Shown here: one piece after another, positions 55,399 through 64,000 of the stretch
How positions within the stretch are numbered: position 1 is the stretch's first letter
Layout: every line of letters starts with the position of its first letter
Assembly: GCA_964433755.1 (NCBI GenBank)
Contig: CAYSSR010000002.1
Span: 212,220 to 276,219, forward strand
Length of the DNA stretch: 64,000 nucleotides
Direction of reading: 5' to 3'
Origin: an uncultured Anaerolineales bacterium
Lineage (GTDB): Bacteria > Chloroflexota > Anaerolineae > UBA7937 > B3-Chlor
Program-made: the position numbers and the translations under genes
Notes under the pieces: generated by a model
Seen by the model: the letters and a program-made list of their open reading frames with translations, nothing else
What the model was told of the DNA's origin: nothing
Databases searched by the model: none

Positions 55399-56589
55399 TC
55401 ATTGGCCTCCCTCGACAGGTTGCCAGCGAGGCATCCACCCATCGGCGATCTTGCGCAGGTCTGAGCCGTCGGCAGCCACCACGAAGACCTCTCTGCTGTC
55501 TTCTTCACCCACAGACAGCGCAACGTAGGCGCCATCAGGCGACCAGTCCGCATCAGGGCGCTGCCCCTGGGCTATGGCACGTAGTTCCCCGTCGCTGCCG
55601 CCCATCACGTAGAGCTGCATCTGGTCGTCTTGTGATGCAGCGAACAGCAGCGATGCTCCGTCAGGCGACCACATCGGCCTGCTGTTCCAGAGGTCCCCGA
55701 ACACCCGCTCCGACTGAAGTATCACCTGCCCTTGGTCCGCATCCACGATCAACGCACGGAAGCTACTGCCCTCCTCCCACGAGAACGCGGCAATCCGATC
55801 GCCATCGGGCGCCCAGCGCGGCCAGAACGCGGGCTGCTCCAGAGCACGAATCACCTCTCCGCTATCGGCGCCGACGATCTTTAGGCTGGGCTCCTCCCCA
55901 CCCATGAAAGGCTGGCCACTATCCCGATAGGCAAGCCGATGGTCGTCAGGAGACCACGAGAAATCGTCCGCTCCGTAGACGAAATCGGGGATCTCCCACA
56001 CAGGCTCACCCTCAGCGTCCACGATCACGATGAAGCCTTCCATCTCCAGCCCACCCACGTAGACGGCGATCAAGCTGTCATCAGCCGAGTACTGCACGCC
56101 CTCTATGGGCCACAGGCCGCTGACCCATCGCTGGGTGACCAGGGTGGTGTCCCTACCATCCTGGATGCTGAACGCCTTCAGGCTCTGTTCTGAACCCTCC
56201 TCACTGGCCGAGAAGTTGGTGACGTACAGTATCTGTTGCCCGTCGGACGACCAGATCGGGGCGTAGCCATCAGCCACCTTCGTCGGCTCACCGCCCTCGG
56301 CGTTCGCTACGTAGATCTCCGCGCTGTTTTCAACCAAAGGGCTGCCCTTCACCAGGAGCAGTCTCTGGCCGTCAGGCGCCCACGCCAAAGCCTCGAAGCC
56401 CAGAGCATCCACCAGTTGTCTCGGTTCGGCACCAGCCAGGTCTGTCAGCCACACACTTCCACCCGACCCCAGGAAGGCGATCTGCTGCGGCGATCCTTCG
56501 TCTGGAGGGTAGGCGACACAACCGGTCACCAAGGCCGTCAGGACCAGGAGCGTGATGAGAGCCAGACATAGTCCTCTCAGTTCGCTCAT
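55399..56589 (-). CDS. TolB/PD40-like beta-propeller lipoprotein
   Basis: Lipobox VTGC; repeated WSPDG/WAPDG blades. Confidence 0.88.
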   Translation of the reverse strand: MSELRGLCLALITLLVLTALVTGCVAYPPDEGSPQQIAFLGSGGSVWLTDLAGAEPRQLVDALGFEALAWAPDGQRLLLVKGSPLVENSAEIYVANAEGGEPTKVADGYAPIWSSDGQQILYVTNFSASEEGSEQSLKAFSIQDGRDTTLVTQRWVSGLWPIEGVQYSADDSLIAVYVGGLEMEGFIVIVDAEGEPVWEIPDFVYGADDFSWSPDDHRLAYRDSGQPFMGGEEPSLKIVGADSGEVIRALEQPAFWPRWAPDGDRIAAFSWEEGSSFRALIVDADQGQVILQSERVFGDLWNSRPMWSPDGASLLFAASQDDQMQLYVMGGSDGELRAIAQGQRPDADWSPDGAYVALSVGEEDSREVFVVAADGSDLRKIADGWMPRWQPVEGGQ

Positions 56590-56653
56590 TACCCCCTACC
56601 CAGTCATGGAGTCACAAGTCGACAGAGTGTCGCCAGTTCGTCCGCCAACTCGT

Positions 56654-57100
56654 CTACTCCGTGCCAGGCCAAACCTTGCGCCGCCGCTCCTTGATCTCGC
56701 CGCGCCGCCTCTTCTCCTCCAGGCGCTTCTGCCGGGCGGCCCTCGTCGGCTGGGTAGCATACCGTCGTCTCGGAACCCTCAACGCACCCCGCATCAGGGC
56801 CCGAAAGCGCCTGGTAACCTCTTCACGGTTTCGTAACTGGCTGCGGGTGGACTGGGATACCAGATGTACGACGCCGCCCTTGTCCATGTACGGCGACAGT
56901 CTGCTACTAGCCCGCGCCTTCTGGCTCTCGCTCAAGCTCGGCGAGCCCATCAGATCGAAGACCAACTCCACTCGTGTCTCGCTGCGGTTGACGTGCTGTC
57001 CTCCCGGGCCACTGCTGCGCGAGAACCGGAAGGTCAACTCCCTCAGCGGGATGCCAACCTTCTCGGTGACCCACAAGAACCCCTCGCCATCCTCAGCCAC
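56654..57100 (-). CDS. arfB: Alternative ribosome rescue peptidyl-tRNA hydrolase ArfB
   Basis: SRSSGPGGQHVN, RSQLRNRE, basic C-terminal tail. Confidence 0.93.
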   Translation of the reverse strand: MAEDGEGFLWVTEKVGIPLRELTFRFSRSSGPGGQHVNRSETRVELVFDLMGSPSLSESQKARASSRLSPYMDKGGVVHLVSQSTRSQLRNREEVTRRFRALMRGALRVPRRRYATQPTRAARQKRLEEKRRRGEIKERRRKVWPGTE

Positions 57101-57108
57101 GCCTCAGC

Positions 57109-57450
57109 CTAACCCTCCAGATAGTCCTCGCGCGGTGGAGAGAAGACATCGATCACCAAAGCATCCTCGATGGTGACCGCTCTGTGAAGCACGTCACCAG
57201 GGATGTAGTAGCTGTCCCCTGCCTCGCAGGTGCGTGTTTCGTCGCCTACGGTCAGACGCATGCTGCCGCTCACGACGTAGCCCACCTGGTCATGGGGGTG
57301 ACTGTGGCTGGGCACGTCCGACCCCGCCGCCAGGTTGAACTCCGCCAGGAGCATTCGCCCACCGTGCCCCAGCGTCCTCCTCAGAGCCCCTGGCACCATC
57401 TCCACCTGCTTTGCCTCGTCGCCTTTGATGAACACTCTCTCAGAAGCCAT
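57109..57450 (-). CDS. Cupin-domain protein
   Basis: HSHPHDQ.GYV.SG and IPGDVLH cupin motifs. Confidence 0.9.
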   Translation of the reverse strand: MASERVFIKGDEAKQVEMVPGALRRTLGHGGRMLLAEFNLAAGSDVPSHSHPHDQVGYVVSGSMRLTVGDETRTCEAGDSYYIPGDVLHRAVTIEDALVIDVFSPPREDYLEG

Positions 57451-57896
57451 TTCACTCCTTTTCTACTCCAGTCATGGGGAGACGGTCACGCCCGCGTACC
57501 CAACCTCTCCCGCATGGCCGTGATTCCACAGCGGACAGTCTTGCCGCGATGGTCGGCATCCGTTCCGCACCATTTCATCCGGACGCTGCCGACCGTTTGG
57601 AGCCCTCTACACGTTCTCCAGCAAATATACTCCACCCCCAGTTCTTGCGGCAAGCTGTTCCTCGCAGAATCGAGAGAAAGGCGAGCGGATTCCATGGCCC
57701 GAACTCTAACGCTGGCCCAGTCAACGATGATCCAGTGCGGACACCACTAGCGAAGCGAGCAGAGGGAAGAGGCCCGGTCCACGTACGTTTGCACGTGGAC
57801 CGATGGTAGGGGCAGCAGATCGGCGCCACCGCCAGCAAGGCCCGCTGTGAGTGGGGCTGCTCGACTTGACCGGCCAACTCAGGGTCGCGGTCTTCG

Positions 57897-59399
57897 TCAG
57901 GGGGTCAATGCTACGAACGGCTTGCCATCCTCATGGCAGAGGATCTGAGCCGCGTGACGACCAGAGTAGAGACATGCGGGCACGCCGCCGCCGGGCATCA
58001 CCCACTGGCCAGCCATGATGAAGCCGCCGAGCCGAGGCAGCGTCCGCCTCACTGATGATGTGATCGCGGCAGGTGTGGGAAGCCACCCCATGTAGGCACC
58101 CCTGCGATTGAGGGTGTACCTCCACATGGTGTAAGGAGTGGCGACGTCCGTCATCTCCACCTGCCCTGACAGTCCCGGGTAGTGGGTCTCCAGCCTTTGA
58201 AGAACCTCCCCGGCCACGCGCTGCTTCTCGCCATCGTATGCCGCAGGCTCCTCATGCAGACCGCTCCAGTGATCCCACGTCGTCTCGAAGCTGGTCTGGA
58301 TCACCGTCTTACCAGCGGGAGCGAACCGATCAGTGTAGTTGAAGACGCGCAGCATGAGGCCGTCGATCCTCTCACCGCCAACCTCGAACGGCTTCTCCAG
58401 CTTGATCACGCTCAGCCAGGGCTCACCAGCAAACAGGCGGGCCACTCCACAACTGATCGTGACCACGGGACGGATCATCTCCCACTCTCTATACATGGTC
58501 TCGATCTTGCTGTCCACGTACCGACCTCCGAGCATCTCGAAGACCGTACTGTACCCGTCCGCTGCCGAGATCACGACATCCGCACGCTCCTCCCTACCGT
58601 CGGCCAGACGTACGCCCACGGCCCGGTCGCCCTCCACCAGGATCTCCTCGACCGTGCTTCCGTAGGTAACCTGGCCGCCCAGTTCCTTGTACCGTCTCTC
58701 GATAGGCAGGACGAAGCCCAGGGACCCGCCTTCCAGCAGACCCATCTGCCGGTCCGCAACCATACCGAGGAGCATGGACAGGAACCACACCGGAACGTCG
58801 GGCAGAAACATGTTCTCCAGCACGAAGCGCAGGAACGGATCGTCCATCCCGCTGACGTGGTCGTAGACCGGCTTCTGGTACTTCCCGACAAAGTACCTGA
58901 CCAGACCTCGCATGGCCCACATCTGTCTGATCCAGCCGAGAAGGCCCATCAGTTCAGGTGGGTCTTCCATGCCCAGCGTGCCCAGGTCCATGCCCTGGGT
59001 GGCCCGCGCGCTGGCCACTAACTCTTCCACCAGCCGCGCGCTGTGCGGTCCCAGCGCCCTCAAGTCCCCAGCAAGACGGTCCAGGTCAGCCGTGACCTCC
59101 AGGCGGCGGCCGCTCGCTTCGTCCTTGAAGCGCACGTACGTGTCCATCTCCACGAATCTGTTAGCCTGAGCCGTGCCCAGTTGCCGGTACATCTCGTAGA
59201 CTTCCGATCCGGGCCGGCAGTACATAATGAAATGGATGCCGCCCTCGATCAGATACCCCTCGCGCTTCCAGCAAGCCGCCACGCCACCCGGCACCGTGTG
59301 GTGCTCGTAGATACGGGTGTTGTACCCGTTCATCTCGGCATAGCAGCCTGCAGAGAGCCCGGCCAGACCCGCTCCTATGACGATGACGGACTTGCCCAC
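57897..59399 (-). CDS. Phytoene-desaturase-like FAD-dependent oxidoreductase
   Basis: IIGAGLAGL, PGGVAACWKREGY, ATPYT..RYTLN..GA, AGQW..PGGGVP...SGR. Confidence 0.88.
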   Translation of the reverse strand: MGKSVIVIGAGLAGLSAGCYAEMNGYNTRIYEHHTVPGGVAACWKREGYLIEGGIHFIMYCRPGSEVYEMYRQLGTAQANRFVEMDTYVRFKDEASGRRLEVTADLDRLAGDLRALGPHSARLVEELVASARATQGMDLGTLGMEDPPELMGLLGWIRQMWAMRGLVRYFVGKYQKPVYDHVSGMDDPFLRFVLENMFLPDVPVWFLSMLLGMVADRQMGLLEGGSLGFVLPIERRYKELGGQVTYGSTVEEILVEGDRAVGVRLADGREERADVVISAADGYSTVFEMLGGRYVDSKIETMYREWEMIRPVVTISCGVARLFAGEPWLSVIKLEKPFEVGGERIDGLMLRVFNYTDRFAPAGKTVIQTSFETTWDHWSGLHEEPAAYDGEKQRVAGEVLQRLETHYPGLSGQVEMTDVATPYTMWRYTLNRRGAYMGWLPTPAAITSSVRRTLPRLGGFIMAGQWVMPGGGVPACLYSGRHAAQILCHEDGKPFVALTP

Positions 59400-59528
59400 C
59401 TTCAGCCTCCTGTCCGGCCTACTCTGCCCGCCTGGCTGTTACGCAACGCTTCGCAGGTGGACGGCGCCCTCGATTCGACAGCACCGTTATCGAGGGAGCC
59501 GCCCGACGCGAAGACACAGCCGCCTTCG

Positions 59529-59780
59529 TCACCCCGAGCCACTTGCCTGCTCCTCTGTGAGCATCACCAGTATCGCTGCCTCGTTCCCCGTCACGAGCAG
59601 TGTTGCCCTGGCCTCGGAGTAGCCGCGCTCCACCATCAAGTAGCCCACCAAGAAATCGCGGAACACGTCCTTGTCTCCCTTCAGAGGTAACGCGAGAACG
59701 CTTTGGAGGTCACCTTTCATCGCCAGGTAGGTACGTGTGGGACGTCCCGAGGACTCGTTCCGCGATTCCGAAACTGTCAT
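59529..59780 (-). CDS. Small hypothetical protein, divergent from the RHH gene
   Basis: Coding-like codon usage (DVFRDFLVGYLMVERGYSEARA); start uncertain. Confidence 0.4.
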   Translation of the reverse strand: MTVSESRNESSGRPTRTYLAMKGDLQSVLALPLKGDKDVFRDFLVGYLMVERGYSEARATLLVTGNEAAILVMLTEEQASGSG

Positions 59781-59929
59781 CGTCTCCGCCGCCAAGGGGG
59801 GGTGCGCACTACCATCGTACTACAGCCCGCCCGTCAGATCAAGCCGGGCCTTTCGGCGCCGGGTAGCATACGCACTCTGGCCGCTTCCTCACCTCACCAG
59901 TTACGGCAGGAATCCCAGGTCTGGGACAC

Positions 59930-59958
59930 TTGACAAAGGCCGGGAAACCAGGTAAGAT
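59930..59958 (+). promoter_or_regulatory. Sigma70 promoter for the RHH gene
   Basis: TTGACA-17 bp-TAAGAT. Confidence 0.8.
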
Positions 59959-59960
59959 GG

Positions 59961-59978
59961 TGTATAGCTAGATATACA
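59961..59978. promoter_or_regulatory. Palindromic operator TGTATAGCTAGATATACA
   Basis: Near-perfect inverted repeat with a single mismatched pair, directly over the predicted TSS. Confidence 0.7.
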
Positions 59979-59989
59979 TGGAGGCCCCG

Positions 59990-60148
59990 ATGAGAAAAGA
60001 CAAGAACATCATGATTCGGGTGTCCAGGGAGACCCACACGGCCTTCAAGAGAAAAGCCGCCGAGGAGGGAACCACCATGAGCAACATCATCCGTGAGCTG
60101 GTGGGTAAGTACCTCCAGGGAGACCTCGAACTCACCCCAAGTGAGTAG
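59990..60148 (+). CDS. 52-aa ribbon-helix-helix (CopG/ParG/Arc-like) protein, below ORF-track cutoff
   Basis: MRKDKNIMIRVSRETHTAFKRKAAEEGTTMSNIIRELVGKYLQGDLELTPSE; GGAGG RBS. Confidence 0.85.
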   Translation: MRKDKNIMIRVSRETHTAFKRKAAEEGTTMSNIIRELVGKYLQGDLELTPSE

Positions 60149-60400
60149 GAGGCCCTCTCGGTGGCACTCGAGTCCCACGGTTGCGGTCTGAGGGCATCGG
60201 CACCAGGCCGTTGCGTCCCGGTGGTGCGATCTCTACTGGGATCGAAGGTCGATGTCTAGCAGAATCCATTCTGCCACCGCCACGGAGTATGCGCGAGACC
60301 CACGTGCAACATCACCAACCACGATGAAGAGAAGGGGTCCATTGCAGAAGATCCACACACCGTTGTCCAGGGTCGACGCAGACAGGGCAGGAGGTGAAAC

Positions 60401-62692
60401 GTGAGTCGCAGGTTGAGGACTGAGGTCGCTCAATTGAGCGTCGTGTCCGGCATCGAGCGGGAAGATGTCGGCGACACCAGCCTCGTGGAAGCGTCCTCGA
60501 TCATTCCTCCCAGAACGAGCAGAGGCAACCTCTACCTGCTGGTTCAGGTGAGTGGCGAGCCCACGGGCAAGGAATCTATCCACAGGCAACTGATCGAGAT
60601 CATCACCAACGAGTACTCACGTGTCCCCGGGGGCATCACCAACGGCCTACGACAGGCCGTCAAGGCCGCCAACGGGTTCCTCCATCAGATGAACCTGGAC
60701 TCCCTGCCCTTGTGGCACAGAGTCGGTGAGACCTGCTGTGCGGTCTTGCGGGGTGATGACCTCTACATGGCAGTGGCGGGAGATGCTCGAATCCATGTAG
60801 TCAAGAAGGGGGAAGTGCACTCCTTTCCGCCCTCAGGAGCCGACACTGCACCGGACGGGCTACCGGCAGAGCCACGTTCCACTCCCCCTCTAGGAGCGGA
60901 CGAGTTCCTGACAGAGGTCGGCCTCTACCACTGCCTCATCGAAGAGGGCGACATCATCGTCTTGGCCTCCAGCGGTCTGACGCAGGTCGCCACGCAGTGG
61001 CAGGTAGCTGAAGCTGCACAGGGAGGGCTGGACGAACTGTCGCACACCCTTCGCGCCCTGTCCTCACACGCCGATCTCTCTGCTCTCCTCATCCAGGTTA
61101 GCGCAGCGGAGAGATCCGCCGCTCCCGCAGAAGAGCGATCGCGCCTCCGGCCCAGCGTTGCACCGACCCAACCATCACGCCGCCCGGTCTCTCACACCAA
61201 ACCGCCCAAGATACGCCGGCCAGTCAGCAGCATTCCCGGTCGGCTCGTAGCGTCAGTGCTGGCTCTCTGCGCCCGGATCCTGGAATCGTTCGCCCGGTTG
61301 GCCGAGCGTGTACAGACCTTCCTCTCCTGGACAGTCTCGAGCGGCTTGCTGGGGCGACTAGGTCGAGGCATCAAGAGGGGAGTGGTGAGCCTGTTCCAGG
61401 GGCTAGGCATCCTGACCGAGCGGATGCTTCCCGAACCCCATGCCGCTCCCACGACCATGGAAACGGTCTACGATCAACCCATAAGAGGGGTCAAAACAGC
61501 CCAAGAAGGCAAAGGCTCACGCCTGCCTCTCATCGTCGTCTTCGTGATCATCACCCTCGTCGCGGCCGGTTCTCTTGCTCTGGTTCTCCGACGACAGTCC
61601 AACGAGACTCGGTTCGCTCAGTCCTTGGCAGATGCCACAGCCGCGCTGGAGCTGGCCCGAGGCAGTCAGGACACAGCCACGATCAGACTCCACCTCGACG
61701 AGGCATTCGATCTGGTGGAGCAAGCTCTGCTGATCAAGCCCACGAACGAAGAGGCTATCGCTCTACGCGACGAGATCTTCGTCGCCTTCGACGAGGCAGA
61801 GGGCGTTCTTCGACTCCAGTTCTCCGCTCAGGCGCCCCTCGCTGGGCCGCCGAGCCAGCCTCATCGTGTGCTCTTGCATGAGAACGAACTCTATGTCCTG
61901 GACACAGTCACGCCGGAGCTACGCATGTACCAGGTGGACGAGATCAACGGCACCCTGGAACCGGCCGATGGATCCGTCTTGCTGAGTCCAGATAACGCGC
62001 CTGCCGGCCTCGAGGTACAGGAGTTGACCGATCTGGCCTGGATTGGATCAGGCAGCGGGCGCGAGACAGAGAGCCTGCTACTGCTGGTCAACGGATCTTC
62101 ACTCCTACAAGTGGATGAAGCCCAGGGGATCACAACGGTATCGGTGGCCGACAGCGAGATCTGGAACGACCCTCGCGCCATCGAGGGGTACTCTGGTTAT
62201 CTGTACGTTCTCGATGCGGCGGAGGACCGCATCCTCAAATACGCTCCCACCGAGAACACCTACGACTCCTTCCCTATCAGCTACTTGCAGGGAGAGGCCG
62301 CCGTGGAACTGGAGAACGCTGAGGACATGGCCATCGACGGCTTCATCTATGTCCTCCTGACGGGAGGAGACATTCTCAAGTTCTCTGGTGGCTTGCAGGT
62401 GGATTTCTCGATCACTGGCCTGGGCGATGATGGGCTCCAAGGTGCAACCGCACTCTACACCGATCCGGACACCCAGTACATCTACGTGGCCGATGCCGGC
62501 CTGGCGCGCATCGTACAACTGACCAAAGAGGGGGTCTTCGTCCGCCAGTTCCTCCCACCCAGAGAGGAAGAAGCTCTGTTCCAGGGCTTGCAGGACGTGT
62601 GGGTGGATGAGGTGCAAGGCGAGCTCGTGGTCCTCACCTCGGATGGCCTCTTCGTGGCTCCGGCCGAGCAGCCCCCATCCACCTTGCAGTGA
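60401..62692 (+). CDS. PP2C-like (degenerate) domain/TM/beta-propeller protein
   Basis: RQAVKAAN, LYMAVAGDARI, GDIIVLASSGL resemble PP2C; central TM helix; C-terminal blades (LYVLD, YLYVLDAAEDRILKY, IYVADAGLARIV). Confidence 0.8.
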   Translation: MSRRLRTEVAQLSVVSGIEREDVGDTSLVEASSIIPPRTSRGNLYLLVQVSGEPTGKESIHRQLIEIITNEYSRVPGGITNGLRQAVKAANGFLHQMNLDSLPLWHRVGETCCAVLRGDDLYMAVAGDARIHVVKKGEVHSFPPSGADTAPDGLPAEPRSTPPLGADEFLTEVGLYHCLIEEGDIIVLASSGLTQVATQWQVAEAAQGGLDELSHTLRALSSHADLSALLIQVSAAERSAAPAEERSRLRPSVAPTQPSRRPVSHTKPPKIRRPVSSIPGRLVASVLALCARILESFARLAERVQTFLSWTVSSGLLGRLGRGIKRGVVSLFQGLGILTERMLPEPHAAPTTMETVYDQPIRGVKTAQEGKGSRLPLIVVFVIITLVAAGSLALVLRRQSNETRFAQSLADATAALELARGSQDTATIRLHLDEAFDLVEQALLIKPTNEEAIALRDEIFVAFDEAEGVLRLQFSAQAPLAGPPSQPHRVLLHENELYVLDTVTPELRMYQVDEINGTLEPADGSVLLSPDNAPAGLEVQELTDLAWIGSGSGRETESLLLLVNGSSLLQVDEAQGITTVSVADSEIWNDPRAIEGYSGYLYVLDAAEDRILKYAPTENTYDSFPISYLQGEAAVELENAEDMAIDGFIYVLLTGGDILKFSGGLQVDFSITGLGDDGLQGATALYTDPDTQYIYVADAGLARIVQLTKEGVFVRQFLPPREEEALFQGLQDVWVDEVQGELVVLTSDGLFVAPAEQPPSTLQ

Positions 62693-62805
62693 CGTACCAT
62701 CCAGGCTCGCTGCATGGTCGCCGCGAGCCTGTTTCCACACCAGCTTCCTTCCCCCTGCCAGCATCTATGGTTGCCTGTGCCGTCTCAGTGGAGTAGAATG
62801 GTCTC

Positions 62806-63843
62806 GTGACCTACGTGCTGGGTATCGAAACCTCGTGTGACGAGACGGCGGTTGCCGTCGTGAACGATGGCCGTGAGATCGTCTCCAACGTAGTTGCCTC
62901 CCAGGCCAGGATCCACGAGCGGTACGGCGGAGTCTTCCCTGAAATCGCCTCGCGGCAGCACATCCTGCACATCGTCCCGGTACTGGAAGAAGCTCTAGCC
63001 GGGGCCGACTTGTCCCTCGACGAGATGGAAGCAGTGGCCGTGACCTACGGTCCCGGCTTGGCTGGGTCCCTGTTGATAGGCGTCAACATGGCGAAAGGAC
63101 TGGCCCTGGCCGCAGGTCTGCCTCTCATCCCGATCAATCATCTGGAGGCACACATCTACGCCAACTGGCTGGACACAGACGAGGAGATCGAGTTTCCCCT
63201 CGTGTGCCTCATAGCATCGGGGGGACACACCAACCTGGTGTTGATGACCGATCATGGTGAATACCGCTCCCTTGGTCAGACCCTGGACGATGCGGCCGGG
63301 GAGGCTTTCGACAAGGTTGCGCGCCTGCTCGGCCTCGGCTATCCCGGGGGTCCCGAGATCCAATCGGTCGCCAGGGATGGAGACGCCTCAGCCTTCGACC
63401 TGCCCCGTGCCTGGCTGAAGGGCACGTACGATTTCAGCTTCAGCGGTCTGAAGACCGCAGTACTTTACCTGGTGCGTGACTACGACGCCAAACGCGAGCT
63501 TGCAGGCAGCGACGGTGGCGTACCGGTGGCCGACATCGCCGCGAGCTTTCAGGCAGCGGTAGTCGACGTGCTGGTCGAAAAGACCAATCTGGCGGCCCGG
63601 GTAAGCGGTGCGCGCCAGGTACTTCTGGCGGGAGGAGTCGCAGCCAACGCCCTCTTGCGGGAGCAGATGGTAGAAAGAGTCAGCGTCCCGGTGCTCTGCC
63701 CTTCTCCACAACACTGCACCGACAACGCAGCGTGCGTGGCTGCGGTTGGCTGGTTCAAGCTTCGGTCTGGTCAGCGCGCAGGATGGGACCTGGACGTAAT
63801 CCCCGGTCTGCAACTGGTCCCTCAAGAAGACCGCACCACCTAG
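62806..63843 (+). CDS. tsaD: tRNA N6-threonylcarbamoyltransferase TsaD
   Basis: LGIETSCDETA, GGVFPEIASRQH, GPGLAGSL, NHLEAH, ASGGHT, DDAAGEAFDK, FSFSGLKT, AGGVAAN, TDNA. Confidence 0.97.
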   Translation: MTYVLGIETSCDETAVAVVNDGREIVSNVVASQARIHERYGGVFPEIASRQHILHIVPVLEEALAGADLSLDEMEAVAVTYGPGLAGSLLIGVNMAKGLALAAGLPLIPINHLEAHIYANWLDTDEEIEFPLVCLIASGGHTNLVLMTDHGEYRSLGQTLDDAAGEAFDKVARLLGLGYPGGPEIQSVARDGDASAFDLPRAWLKGTYDFSFSGLKTAVLYLVRDYDAKRELAGSDGGVPVADIAASFQAAVVDVLVEKTNLAARVSGARQVLLAGGVAANALLREQMVERVSVPVLCPSPQHCTDNAACVAAVGWFKLRSGQRAGWDLDVIPGLQLVPQEDRTT

Positions 63844-64000
63844 GACAGACGACACCGGCCACGCCATCAGAGATCGCGAGGGTCGAGTGGCGCACAGACC
63901 ACTCAAGGACGCATATCGAGCTGCGCGGGAAGAGGCCAGCAGCTACCTGGCCCCCAGGGAATGGGTCAACCGGCTCATCCTGGGACTGCGCTTCCTGGCG

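Noticed and set aside
1-64000. CRISPR arrays, transposases/integrases, rRNA, UGA-readthrough selenoproteins
   Set aside because: No regularly spaced repeats or recombinase motifs seen. The TGA stops inspected near the Mo/W genes (moaC, moaE, mog) fall at normal protein ends. A systematic bSECIS search was not possible.

Overview
GC-rich bacterial chromosomal window, probably from an anaerobic Chloroflexota (Anaerolineae-like) organism. This is inferred from the homodimeric-type GlyRS, holB-ricT and recO-glyS synteny, Pro/Thr-linker lipoproteins and a C-terminal LPL-type motif. 1-13.5 kb is an all-plus-strand accessory array: paralogous methyltransferases, DUF4386-like and other membrane proteins, a CAT-like acetyltransferase, gene stumps and REP-like palindromes. 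13.5-33 kb holds surface and lipoproteins with internal repeats, a GT2, a B12 radical SAM protein, a degenerate histidine phosphatase and larEBC. 33-49 kb is a metal-cofactor region: HpnA-like and PurM-like genes, a second B12 radical SAM protein, tupBCA and moaA-C-D-E-moeA-mog (each operon behind a Moco/Tuco riboswitch plus terminator), tRNA-Sec, a stand-alone TiaS-like DDTD protein, DUF134 with a palindromic operator, a single Mo-storage-protein homologue and a LipS2-type radical SAM protein. 49-64 kb is mostly housekeeping (holB, ricT, PHP, glyS, recO, arfB, tsaD) plus a 52-aa RHH gene missing from the ORF track. The most striking observation is a second, full-length but altered copy of tRNA-Sec at 37261-37355. 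It has a CCA anticodon and a refolded 3' half, and with the canonical selC it brackets the riboswitch-controlled tungstate transporter. No CRISPR array, rRNA, integrase or transposase was seen. All alignments and folds were done by eye.
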